DNA of 64,000 nt, from positions 10,448 to 74,447 of the forward strand of contig JAURXY010000026.1 in NCBI GenBank assembly GCA_030654225.1. The letters are read 5' to 3'. A program made the position numbers and the translations under genes. The notes beneath the pieces were generated by a model that made no database searches, was not told the origin of the DNA, and saw only the letters and a list, made by a program, of their open reading frames with translations. This document shows, in pieces, positions 19,562 through 28,364 of the stretch (positions are counted from its first letter, which is position 1; each line of letters begins with the position of its first letter). Origin of the DNA: a bacterium. Lineage in GTDB: Bacteria > Patescibacteriota > Minisyncoccia > Moranbacterales > UBA2206.

Positions 19562-20302
19562 ATGAAATTTTTTTGCAAAACAATTCTAAAATATTATCTG
19601 AAATATGTGACAAAAATAGTCTTGGCTGTTCATCGTCCAACAGTTATCGCAATTTCCGGCAGTTCAAACAAAACTTTCATTCGAGATGAGGTTCGAAAAA
19701 TTTTAGAGGAAAAAGGAAAAACTGTACGAGCTAATCCAAAAAATTTCAACACCGAGATTGGTTTGCCTTTGGCAATTCTTAATGTCCAGAGCGGGTATAA
19801 TTCTTATCGCGCGTGGCTTCCGATTATTTTCCAAACATTTTTGGCAATTTTTCAAAAAAACTTCCCAGAGTATTTAGTGCTGGAACTGGGTGTTTCCGAG
19901 AGAGGGGATATGCGTTATCTGCTTTCAATCGTGAGACCAAAAATTTCCATAATTTCCGAAATCAATCAGCGATATATTGAATCTTTTTCTGGAATGGACA
20001 ATTTGTTTTTGGAATACAAATATCTAGCACGACATATCAAAAAAGACGATGTACTAATTTTGAATTATGATAATGCGCGAGTAAGAAGCTTGTCTAAAAA
20101 AACCAAGGCAAGAGTGGAATTTTTTGGCAAAACTGAAAAAACAGGAATTTTTCAAATTGAAAAAATTGAAAAGCAAGTCGCGGGGCAAAAATTTTGGTTG
20201 AAACATAATAATAAAACACAAGAATTTTTTATGCCTCGCTTTGGTGAGCACAATATTTATACCTCGGCGGCGGGAAAAGTTTTTGAGTATATATTAAAAT
20301 AA
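19562..20302 (+). CDS. murF: MurF-like Mur ligase, short form (246 aa; lacks C-terminal domain)
   Basis: Mur ligase ATP-binding VIAISGSSNKT; ddl-murF synteny; stops after central domain. Confidence 0.55.
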   Translation: MKFFCKTILKYYLKYVTKIVLAVHRPTVIAISGSSNKTFIRDEVRKILEEKGKTVRANPKNFNTEIGLPLAILNVQSGYNSYRAWLPIIFQTFLAIFQKNFPEYLVLELGVSERGDMRYLLSIVRPKISIISEINQRYIESFSGMDNLFLEYKYLARHIKKDDVLILNYDNARVRSLSKKTKARVEFFGKTEKTGIFQIEKIEKQVAGQKFWLKHNNKTQEFFMPRFGEHNIYTSAAGKVFEYILK

Positions 20303-20319
20303 ATATTTAAGCTAATAAA

Positions 20320-20580
20320 ATGAAAAAAATTCGCGAACGAGTGTCAGAAGTTAATCGAGAAGTAAGAAACAAAATTGCTGGCTATGTTACGGCCGGCCTG
20401 GGGCTGGTAGCCGGCTTTGCGTGGAACGACGCTATCAGATCTTCTATTGAATATTTTTTCCCACTAGAACAAAATAGCCTGTGGGCTAAGTTTATCTATG
20501 CGGTCGTTATCACTTTGGGAGTAGTTATTGTGAGTTTGTATCTAGTGAGTATTTTGAAGGAAAAGCCGGAAGAGAAATAG
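20320..20580 (+). CDS. DUF5654-like small membrane protein
   Basis: MKKIRE ... VTAGLGLVAGFAWNDAI pattern. Confidence 0.45.
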   Translation: MKKIRERVSEVNREVRNKIAGYVTAGLGLVAGFAWNDAIRSSIEYFFPLEQNSLWAKFIYAVVITLGVVIVSLYLVSILKEKPEEK

Positions 20581-20664
20581 ATGGGAAAAAGTTATCCACA
20601 GCTCAAAAGTTGCCGGAAATATCACAGAGTGATATAATATCATCATAACAAACTAAATAAAGTT

Positions 20665-21663
20665 ATGAAAAACAAAAAAGAACAAAAAGAAATAATTATT
20701 TATCAGGCTAAGGATGGCGCCATCGAACTGCGTGGTGATTTTAAGCATGAAAATATTTGGGCTTCGCAAAAACAAATCGCTGATATCTTTGGAATTGATA
20801 GAACAGTAGTAACGAAGCACATTAAGAAAATTTTAACAGACAAAGAGCTTGATAAAAAAGTGGTATGTGCAAATTTTGCACAGACCACTAAGCACGGAGC
20901 AATCAAGGGTAAAACTCAAACAAAAGAAGTTGAATTTTATTCTCTCGATATGATTTTGTCTGTGGGGTATCGGACAAGTTCTTTCAAGGCTATTGAATTT
21001 AGAAAATGGGCGAATAAGATTTTGAAAGAGCATTTAATTCAAGGCTACACAATCAACAAAAAACAAATTGCCAAAAATTATGAGGCTTTTATGCAGACAG
21101 TATCTAGTATTCAAAATCTTTTGCCTGAGCATATCACGCTTGATCCAAAACTAGTTTTGGAACTAATCAAGGAATTTGCTAGCACATGGGTAGCGCTGGA
21201 TGCTTATGACAAAGAAACTCTTCGCGCAATTGGCACAACTAAAAAAGCAATCAAATTGTCAGGCAAAGAGCTAGTTGAAGCAATTATTGAGCTTCGAGGC
21301 GAACTTATGAAAAAAGGTGAGGCTTCTGATCTTTTTGCGCGAGAAAAAAGAGCTGGTAGTGTTGAGGGAATAGTGGGAAATGTAATGCAATCATTTGGTG
21401 GCAAAAATCTATATCCTACCGCTGAAGAAAAGGCGACCCATCTTTTGTATTTTATGGTGAAGAATCACCCATTCGACGACGGAAACAAACGCTCTGGTGC
21501 GTTTGCTTTTGTGTGGTTCTTGCGAAAAACAAAAATCCAAGGCGCTAAAAACATCAACCCAAGCGCGCTTACCGCCCTCACACTTTTGATTGCGGAAAGT
21601 AATCCAAAAAAGATGAATCAAATGACAGCGCTTGTCACGACACTTCTGTCAGTGAAAAAATAA
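20665..21663 (+). CDS. RhuM-family N-terminal domain fused to Fic/Doc domain (HPFDDGNKRSGA)
   Basis: RhuM-like N-terminal 120 aa; Doc-type motif HxFxDGNKR. Confidence 0.8.
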   Translation: MKNKKEQKEIIIYQAKDGAIELRGDFKHENIWASQKQIADIFGIDRTVVTKHIKKILTDKELDKKVVCANFAQTTKHGAIKGKTQTKEVEFYSLDMILSVGYRTSSFKAIEFRKWANKILKEHLIQGYTINKKQIAKNYEAFMQTVSSIQNLLPEHITLDPKLVLELIKEFASTWVALDAYDKETLRAIGTTKKAIKLSGKELVEAIIELRGELMKKGEASDLFAREKRAGSVEGIVGNVMQSFGGKNLYPTAEEKATHLLYFMVKNHPFDDGNKRSGAFAFVWFLRKTKIQGAKNINPSALTALTLLIAESNPKKMNQMTALVTTLLSVKK

Positions 21664-21670
21664 AATTCAC

Positions 21671-21695
21671 AAAACCGCTATCACTGGCGGTTTTT
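21671..21695 (+). terminator. rho-independent terminator
   Basis: AAAACCGC-TATCACTG-GCGGTTTTT. Confidence 0.7.
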
Positions 21696-21777
21696 GATTT
21701 ATTGGGGGAAAGGGGGGTAGAATGGAAGTGTTAAGTAAAGTGTTAAGTAACAAGTTCAGTAACATAAATATAAACAT

Positions 21778-21960
21778 ATGTCTATGCGAAAAATTGAGGA
21801 AAAAAATGTGAGGAAGTTAACGAGGATGGGGAGAGAGGGAAGCAGTCTCGGGATGACCATCCCAAAGGAACTCATCGGCGAACTCGGCTGGCGCGAGCGT
21901 CAGAAAGTGGTGGTGAAAAAAGTTGGGAAAAATCTTGTAATTAGTGATTGGAAAAAATAA
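21778..21960 (+). CDS. AbrB/MazE/SpoVT-family small DNA-binding protein
   Basis: SSLGMTIPKELIGELGW ... KNLVI swapped-hairpin motif. Confidence 0.6.
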   Translation: MSMRKIEEKNVRKLTRMGREGSSLGMTIPKELIGELGWRERQKVVVKKVGKNLVISDWKK

Positions 21961-21971
21961 AAAATAATTTT

Positions 21972-22943
21972 ATGAAAAATAAATTAACTTTTATTGAAGA
22001 AGAAAATAAACTAATTCCGAATAGAATAATTGAAGAGCTAGGAATTAAGAATAATCAACAAATATATTTTGAAAAGGAATCAGAATCATTAAAAGTTTTT
22101 GAAATTGTTAATAAATTGCTCGGACCTCGTGGGTTTGAGGAATTTTCCGCCGGCCAGTTTAAAGCAATAGCGGGAGGATCATTAAACTGCTCAAATAAAA
22201 TTAAAAACTATGCAACTGGGAAAGGGGCTATCTCTAAGGGTTTTACTTATATCGCAGACATTATCAAATATTGCCAGATTTGTATTGATAATTCAGTCTT
22301 GATTCCTTTGGAAAGTATAATAGAAGAATTCGAGTGGGCGAAAAAAGCTATAAATGAGGGATATATTACATTACATTCGAATGGGAAGATGAGATATGAT
22401 ATTGAAGCAATTATGGATATAACAAAAGGTTTATTGGTGGAAGTTGCATTTAAAATTGATAGTGAGAGAAAAAATATAGAAATCGAATTGAATAGAGATT
22501 TTTTTACTGGGACAAGTAATACTGATGAGGGTCAAGATATCAAGCGGATAAAATTTACTGGTGATGTTTTTATATCTCCTCGGATAAAAGTACAAATTAA
22601 GGATACTCAATATTTTATACTTATTTCAGAAAATGAATTTAATGGGCCAAGAAAAGCAGAACTTTTTATTTCATATAAAGTACATTGGAAAAAAGCCAAT
22701 ACGGGGCAAAGATTTTTTAGAAGTCTTGGTGGAAGGGGCGAGCATATATTTTCCGATTTTCCAGTTCTTAAGGGAATACGAGCCGAAAGGAGAGGATGGG
22801 CGTTAAGAGAAGATTTTAAGGAATTAAAAAAGTTTAATAAATATAAAGGAAAATCTTTTAATAATGATAATATGTATGTTTATTGGGATGATTTGCGCGA
22901 TTTGAATGATCTTTTTTCAAAATTAAAAAATCTTATTGCTTAA
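21972..22943 (+). CDS. hypothetical protein; candidate restriction endonuclease/effector partner of the LexA-MTase
   Basis: no known motif; 3-prime end overlaps the convergent MTase gene by 11 nt. Confidence 0.45.
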   Translation: MKNKLTFIEEENKLIPNRIIEELGIKNNQQIYFEKESESLKVFEIVNKLLGPRGFEEFSAGQFKAIAGGSLNCSNKIKNYATGKGAISKGFTYIADIIKYCQICIDNSVLIPLESIIEEFEWAKKAINEGYITLHSNGKMRYDIEAIMDITKGLLVEVAFKIDSERKNIEIELNRDFFTGTSNTDEGQDIKRIKFTGDVFISPRIKVQIKDTQYFILISENEFNGPRKAELFISYKVHWKKANTGQRFFRSLGGRGEHIFSDFPVLKGIRAERRGWALREDFKELKKFNKYKGKSFNNDNMYVYWDDLRDLNDLFSKLKNLIA

Positions 22944-24507
22944 TCGCTTTCATAATTTGTTTTGCTACGGCCGTAACCACAGGGACACTCACAGAATTTC
23001 CAGCTTGCTTGTATAGTGAAGAGTCAGCCAAGTTTTTTGGCAGGATAAATGTTTTTGGAAATCCTTGTAGCCTAAAACATTCAAGAGGAGTCAGTTTTCT
23101 GATTCCTTTTTTGTCTTTTATAATTGGAACATTATGTCCACCCGTTCCCATATTAGCAGTGAGAGTTGGACACACGCCTTTTTTGTTTTCCCTCACATAT
23201 TGTCTTCTCCATTGATAAACTTTTCCTCCTTCATTTACAAAATCCTTAAGTTTTTCAAAGAGTGGTTTGTCGTTATAATAATATTTTTTGTCCACATTTT
23301 TTTCCAAAAGGTCAGTGACTCTTAGTTTCAATTCTTGTGGCTCTGGAAATTCAAATTTATCTGAATAATCTTTATTCTTAAATCCGACTATATAAATTCT
23401 TTCTCGGTTTTGTGGAACATTACCATACTCCATAGTGTTTAAAACTTTAGTTTTCACATGATAGCCCAAATCTTCTAGTGTCTGGATGATTATACTAAAA
23501 GTTTTCCCGTTGTCATGACCTTTGAGATTTTTTACATTTTCCAAAAGAAATCCTTCGGGCTTTCTAGCTTCCAAAATTCTTGCAACATCAAAAAACAAAT
23601 TTCCCCGATCTTTTTCATCATTAAATCCTTTGCGATATCCTGCGATTGAAAATGCTTGGCAAGGAAAACCGCCCAAGAGAAAATCAAATTTTGGTAAATC
23701 ATCAATTTCAATTTTTCTCATATCTTCCACGATAAGTTTTGATTTTTTGAAATTCAAATCATAAGTGTTCTTGCAATATTTATCAAAATCATTTGCAAAA
23801 ACTGTTTCAAATCCTGCATTTTCAAAACCTAATCTTATACCTCCAACTCCGGCAAATAAATCTAAGGTTCTAAATAATTTTTGTTTTGAGTCGCTAGGGG
23901 TATTCTCTAAATTTCTTTTTATCTCAATAACCACCCCTCTAATCTCAACTTCTTTCCTATATATCGGCAACATTGTTTGATTGGCTGGTTGAAGTCGGAA
24001 TCTATTTTTCTCTCGGTATATTTTTTTCAAAGTGGCTTCATTGTCATCAATTATCGCGACCACTGTCTGGCCATTTTCTGCCGAAGATTGTTTTTTTATA
24101 ACCACAATGTCACCATCGAAAATTCCTTCATCAATCATGCTCGTACCCCTAACTTCGAGAGCATAATATTGTTCATCTTTTTTTATATTACCCGAAGCAA
24201 TCATCACGCTTTCTCCTATTGTTTCTATGGCTTCGATTGGCTGACCGGCAACTATTACTCCAACTAATGGAATTTTTATAAGGCTATATGGATTTTTCTT
24301 TTTCAATTCGATCCCTCTAGCTGAACTTCCATTTCTTTCGATGAATTCTTTTTTCTCCAATGCTTCTAAGTGTTGGTGAATAGTTGAAGGAGCGGAGAGT
24401 TTGAAATGTTTTCTAATTTCTTCGATAGTAGGGGATAGCCTTTTTTTATTTATATAAGATTTGATAAAATCTAGTATTTGTTTTTGTTTTTTTGTGAGAG
24501 TGGACAT
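22933..24507 (-). CDS. fusion of full LexA-like repressor (wHTH + S24 peptidase) and DNA (cytosine-5)-methyltransferase
   Basis: N-term wHTH; VAG-Q cleavage site; S24 Ser (GTSM) and Lys (ATLKK) 38 aa apart; then MTase motifs I DLFAGVGG, IV GFPCQAFS, VI ENV, VIII QNRERIYIVG, X GNSVSVPV. Confidence 0.85.
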   Translation of the reverse strand: MSTLTKKQKQILDFIKSYINKKRLSPTIEEIRKHFKLSAPSTIHQHLEALEKKEFIERNGSSARGIELKKKNPYSLIKIPLVGVIVAGQPIEAIETIGESVMIASGNIKKDEQYYALEVRGTSMIDEGIFDGDIVVIKKQSSAENGQTVVAIIDDNEATLKKIYREKNRFRLQPANQTMLPIYRKEVEIRGVVIEIKRNLENTPSDSKQKLFRTLDLFAGVGGIRLGFENAGFETVFANDFDKYCKNTYDLNFKKSKLIVEDMRKIEIDDLPKFDFLLGGFPCQAFSIAGYRKGFNDEKDRGNLFFDVARILEARKPEGFLLENVKNLKGHDNGKTFSIIIQTLEDLGYHVKTKVLNTMEYGNVPQNRERIYIVGFKNKDYSDKFEFPEPQELKLRVTDLLEKNVDKKYYYNDKPLFEKLKDFVNEGGKVYQWRRQYVRENKKGVCPTLTANMGTGGHNVPIIKDKKGIRKLTPLECFRLQGFPKTFILPKNLADSSLYKQAGNSVSVPVVTAVAKQIMKAIKQ

Positions 24508-24810
24508 ATAATTGACGCAGGATATTATTTTGTTATAATTCTATTATACCGAAAAAAAACCGAACTAGCAAAAGCGAGTTATCCACAGCACGACCCTTTG
24601 AATATTTTAAGTAAAACTAATTTTTTGTTCAGCGACATGCTAAGTAACACTTTTTTTATTAGAACTGGTTCTTGGAAAGCTTGTCGGGAATAGGGTATAG
24701 AATAAGCAACAGCTATTGACATAATAAACTCAATCAATTAAGATTATTTTACTGGGTAATTTCGAAACCCTAGTCGTTTCGTTTTTTTAATTTAATGATT
24801 TTTATTTTAT

Positions 24811-25230
24811 ATGCCAACGATAAATCAACTCAAGAGAAAACCAAGAAAAACTACCGAGAATAAAAGCAAAACGCCAGCTTTTAAATATGTCTTTAACACT
24901 ATTCAAAACAGACCAACAGATACGGCTGGTCCATTTAAGCGGGGAGTGTGCATCAAGGTTTCCACTACTACTCCAAAAAAACCAAACTCAGCTCTGCGAA
25001 AAATTGCCCGAGTTCGTCTCACAAACGGAATGGAAGTAACGGCCTATATCCCTGGAATCGGACATAACTTGCAAGAGCATTCTATTGTGATGATTCGCGG
25101 AGGTCGCGTTAAGGATCTTCCAGGAGTGCGTTATCATATAGTGAGAGGTGTGCTGGACACTGCCGGAGCAGCTAACCGAAAACAAGGCCGATCAAAATAT
25201 GGAGCAAAAAGAGAAAAAGCTAAAGAATAA
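24811..25230 (+). CDS. rpsL: 30S ribosomal protein S12
   Basis: MPTINQL ... strong family match. Confidence 0.95.
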   Translation: MPTINQLKRKPRKTTENKSKTPAFKYVFNTIQNRPTDTAGPFKRGVCIKVSTTTPKKPNSALRKIARVRLTNGMEVTAYIPGIGHNLQEHSIVMIRGGRVKDLPGVRYHIVRGVLDTAGAANRKQGRSKYGAKREKAKE

Positions 25231-25354
25231 TTGAAAATCTTTACGAATTACTAATCAAATACTAATATACGAATAATATTTATAAGTTGAGAGAATTTTT
25301 TTAGTTTACATTAGTATATTCGTACTTAATTCGTAATTAGTAAAGAATAAGTTT

Positions 25355-25822
25355 ATGGCAAGAAGAAAAAGAATTTATCAAAAAAATACTAAACCTGATC
25401 CAAAGTATAACAACATACTAGTTGGAAAATTTATGGTGAGCATCATGGAAAGCGGAAAGAAAACTATTGCAGAAAAAATAATGTATGATTCTTTTGATAT
25501 CATTCACGAAAGAACAAAAAAGGGTGGTTTGAATATTTTTGAACAAGCTATTAAGAATGTTTCTCCTTTGGTGGAATTGAAATCCCGCCGAGTTGGAGGT
25601 GCTAACTATCAGGTGCCTGTTCCCGTAGCAGGAGACAGAAGAACAACTTTGGCTATTCGTTGGTTAAAAGTAGCTATTAATGCGAAAAAAGGCAAGAAAA
25701 TGGCAGAAAAATTGGCTGATGAACTAATTGATGCTTCCAACAAAATTGGCGGAGCTATGAAAAAACGAGAAGATGTTCATCGAATGGCTGATGCTAATAA
25801 GGCTTTTGCGCACTTCGCTTAA
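25355..25822 (+). CDS. rpsG: 30S ribosomal protein S7
   Basis: family match, 155 aa. Confidence 0.95.
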   Translation: MARRKRIYQKNTKPDPKYNNILVGKFMVSIMESGKKTIAEKIMYDSFDIIHERTKKGGLNIFEQAIKNVSPLVELKSRRVGGANYQVPVPVAGDRRTTLAIRWLKVAINAKKGKKMAEKLADELIDASNKIGGAMKKREDVHRMADANKAFAHFA

Positions 25823-25924
25823 TTTACGAAAGTACGAATCTGGCGAAATTACGAATTCGTATTTTCGTTTAATTCGTATATTCGTAAATTATAAATAAAA
25901 TTAAGAAAGTAAAAATCAAATTAT

Positions 25925-28015
25925 ATGGCTCGAGAATACCCAATCGAAAAATATCGCAATATCGGAATTATCGCTCATATTGATGCTGGAAAAACCACCA
26001 CCACGGAGCGTGTTTTGTTTTATACCGGTATCACTCACAAAATTGGTGAAGTGCATGAAGGCGCTGCAACGATGGACTGGATGGAACAAGAAAAAGAACG
26101 AGGAATTACCATCACTTCAGCCGCGACAACTTGTTTTTGGAAAGATCATCAAATTAATATTATCGATACTCCGGGACATGTGGACTTTACCGTGGAAGTG
26201 GAAAGATCGCTTCGTGTTTTGGACGGTGGTGTGGTAGTTTTTGATGGCAAGGAAGGTGTGGAACCACAATCAGAAACAGTTTGGCGACAAGCAGAAAAAT
26301 ATAAGGTGCCGAGAATTTGTTTTATCAATAAAATTGACAAAGAAGGTGCTGATTTTTATTACGCTCTAAAAACTATTTGGGACAGACTTACTCCAAACGC
26401 GGTAGCTGTGCAACTTCCGATTGGAGAGCGAGGAGATTTTTCTGGCGTGGTGGATTTGATTAAAATGAAAGCTTATACTTTTTCTGGAGAGATGGGAGAA
26501 ATTGTCAATGAAGAAGAAGTTCCAGCTGACATGCTCGAAAAATCCAAAGAGTGGCGAGAAAAAATGGTAGAAAAAATTTCTGAAACTGATGACGCGCTCA
26601 CAGAAAAATTTTTAAACGGTGAAGAAATTTCGCAAGCGGAACTAAAATCGGCTCTTCGCAAAGGAGTCAACGCCGTGACGCTCGTTCCAGTTTTCACAGG
26701 CACTGCTCTTCGAAACAAGGGAGTGCAATTAGTGCTAGATGCGGTAGTGGATTATCTGCCATCCCCAATTGATGTTCCAGCAATCAAAGCAACGGAAGTT
26801 GATGATGAAACTAAAGAAGTAGCCATTAAATATGATGACAGCGCTCCTTTTTCTGCTTTGGCTTTCAAAGTAGCTACTGATCCATTTGTCGGTCAACTAA
26901 CTTTCTTTAGAGTCTATAGCGGAATGCTCAAAGCCGGTTCTTATGTTTTGAATTCTTCTAAAGGAGAAAAAGAAAGAGTGGGCCGAATTCTGCGAATGCA
27001 TGCTAATCATCGAGAAGAAATTGACGAAATTTATACTGGAGGAATCGGAGCGCTTGTTGGAATGAAAAATACTACTACAGGAGACACTTTGTGTGATCCA
27101 GAAAATCCAGTTTTACTGGAAAAAATAACTTTTCCAGAACCAGTTATCTCAATCGCCGTGGAACCAAAAACTAAAGCTGATCAAGAAAAGATGGGAATGG
27201 CTCTTAGAAAATTAGCCGAAGAAGATCCAACTTTCAAAATTAGAACTGATGAAGAAACGGCTCAGACTATTATCTCCGGAATGGGCGAATTACATCTCGA
27301 TATTATCGTGGATCGAATGAAAAGAGAATTCAAAGTTGAAGCTAATATCGGTCAGCCACAAGTAGCTTATCGAGAAACAATTAAATCCAACGCCCAAGCG
27401 GAAGGAAAATATATCAAACAATCAGGTGGACGCGGACAATATGGCCACTGTTGGATCAAAGTGGAACCGCAAGAAGCTGGCAAAGGATTTGAATTCGTGG
27501 ATGAAATCAAGGGTGGCTCTATCCCGCAAGAATATATTGCTCCGATTGGCAAAGGAATCAAAGAGGCGATGGACAACGGAGTTTTGGCGGGGTATCCAAT
27601 GGTGGACATCAAGGCCACTGTATATGACGGATCTTTTCATGATGTTGACTCCTCAGAGGCAGCCTTTAGAATCGCTGGTTCAATGGCTTTCAAAGAAGCT
27701 TCTCGTCGGGCCAACCCAATTATCATGGAACCGATTATGAAAGTAGTGGTGACGACCCCAGAGAATTTTATGGGGGATGTGGTGGGAGATTTGAACTCCA
27801 AGCGAGGTATCATCAAAGAAATGAATGATCGCGGAGAAGGCAATGCGCGAGTAAAAGAAATTGACGCCGAAGCCCCACTTTCTTCAATGTTTGGTTATGC
27901 CACTCAACTTCGCTCAATGACCCAAGGTCGCGCCAACTATGTGATGGAATTTTCCCACTACGCCGAAGTGCCGAAGAATGTGGCGGAAGGAATTATTAGT
28001 GGGGATAAGAAATAA
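25925..28015 (+). CDS. fusA: elongation factor G
   Basis: G-domain [17 protein letters not shown]; 696 aa. Confidence 0.95.
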   Translation: MAREYPIEKYRNIGIIAHIDAGKTTTTERVLFYTGITHKIGEVHEGAATMDWMEQEKERGITITSAATTCFWKDHQINIIDTPGHVDFTVEVERSLRVLDGGVVVFDGKEGVEPQSETVWRQAEKYKVPRICFINKIDKEGADFYYALKTIWDRLTPNAVAVQLPIGERGDFSGVVDLIKMKAYTFSGEMGEIVNEEEVPADMLEKSKEWREKMVEKISETDDALTEKFLNGEEISQAELKSALRKGVNAVTLVPVFTGTALRNKGVQLVLDAVVDYLPSPIDVPAIKATEVDDETKEVAIKYDDSAPFSALAFKVATDPFVGQLTFFRVYSGMLKAGSYVLNSSKGEKERVGRILRMHANHREEIDEIYTGGIGALVGMKNTTTGDTLCDPENPVLLEKITFPEPVISIAVEPKTKADQEKMGMALRKLAEEDPTFKIRTDEETAQTIISGMGELHLDIIVDRMKREFKVEANIGQPQVAYRETIKSNAQAEGKYIKQSGGRGQYGHCWIKVEPQEAGKGFEFVDEIKGGSIPQEYIAPIGKGIKEAMDNGVLAGYPMVDIKATVYDGSFHDVDSSEAAFRIAGSMAFKEASRRANPIIMEPIMKVVVTTPENFMGDVVGDLNSKRGIIKEMNDRGEGNARVKEIDAEAPLSSMFGYATQLRSMTQGRANYVMEFSHYAEVPKNVAEGIISGDKK

Positions 28016-28024
28016 AATATAGGA

Positions 28025-28070
28025 AACAAATTTAAATTCAGTAGAGACGAGGCACTGCCTCGTCTTTTTC
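28025..28070 (+). terminator. fusA terminator / REP-like hairpin (copy 1 of 46-bp direct repeat)
   Basis: GTAGAGACGAGGCACTGCCTCGTCTTTTT; near-identical at 29026-29072. Confidence 0.75.
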
Positions 28071-28133
28071 TTATGGCAATATGTTTTTTAATTTGGCTTG
28101 CAAATTGGGCTAAAATATGATATAATGTAAGAT

Positions 28134-28364
28134 ATGATAAAGTTTCGTCAGGCATTATTTTGGGATACTAATCCAAAGAATATAGATACAGAGAAAAACG
28201 CTCAATATATCATTGAACGCGTTTTGGATTTTGGCAATGATAGAGAGGTAAAATGGCTTTATAATTTCTACGATAAATCGTTGTTAAAAAAAGTTGTCGC
28301 TAAGTCTCGTTCGCTAATGCCAGAAACAAAAAATTTATGGATAATGCTTCTAGAAAGCAAATAG
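28134..28364 (+). CDS. small protein upstream of AbiEii-family toxin (putative antitoxin partner)
   Basis: 76 aa; overlaps toxin start; recalled similarity to partners of DUF1814 toxins. Confidence 0.4.
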   Translation: MIKFRQALFWDTNPKNIDTEKNAQYIIERVLDFGNDREVKWLYNFYDKSLLKKVVAKSRSLMPETKNLWIMLLESK

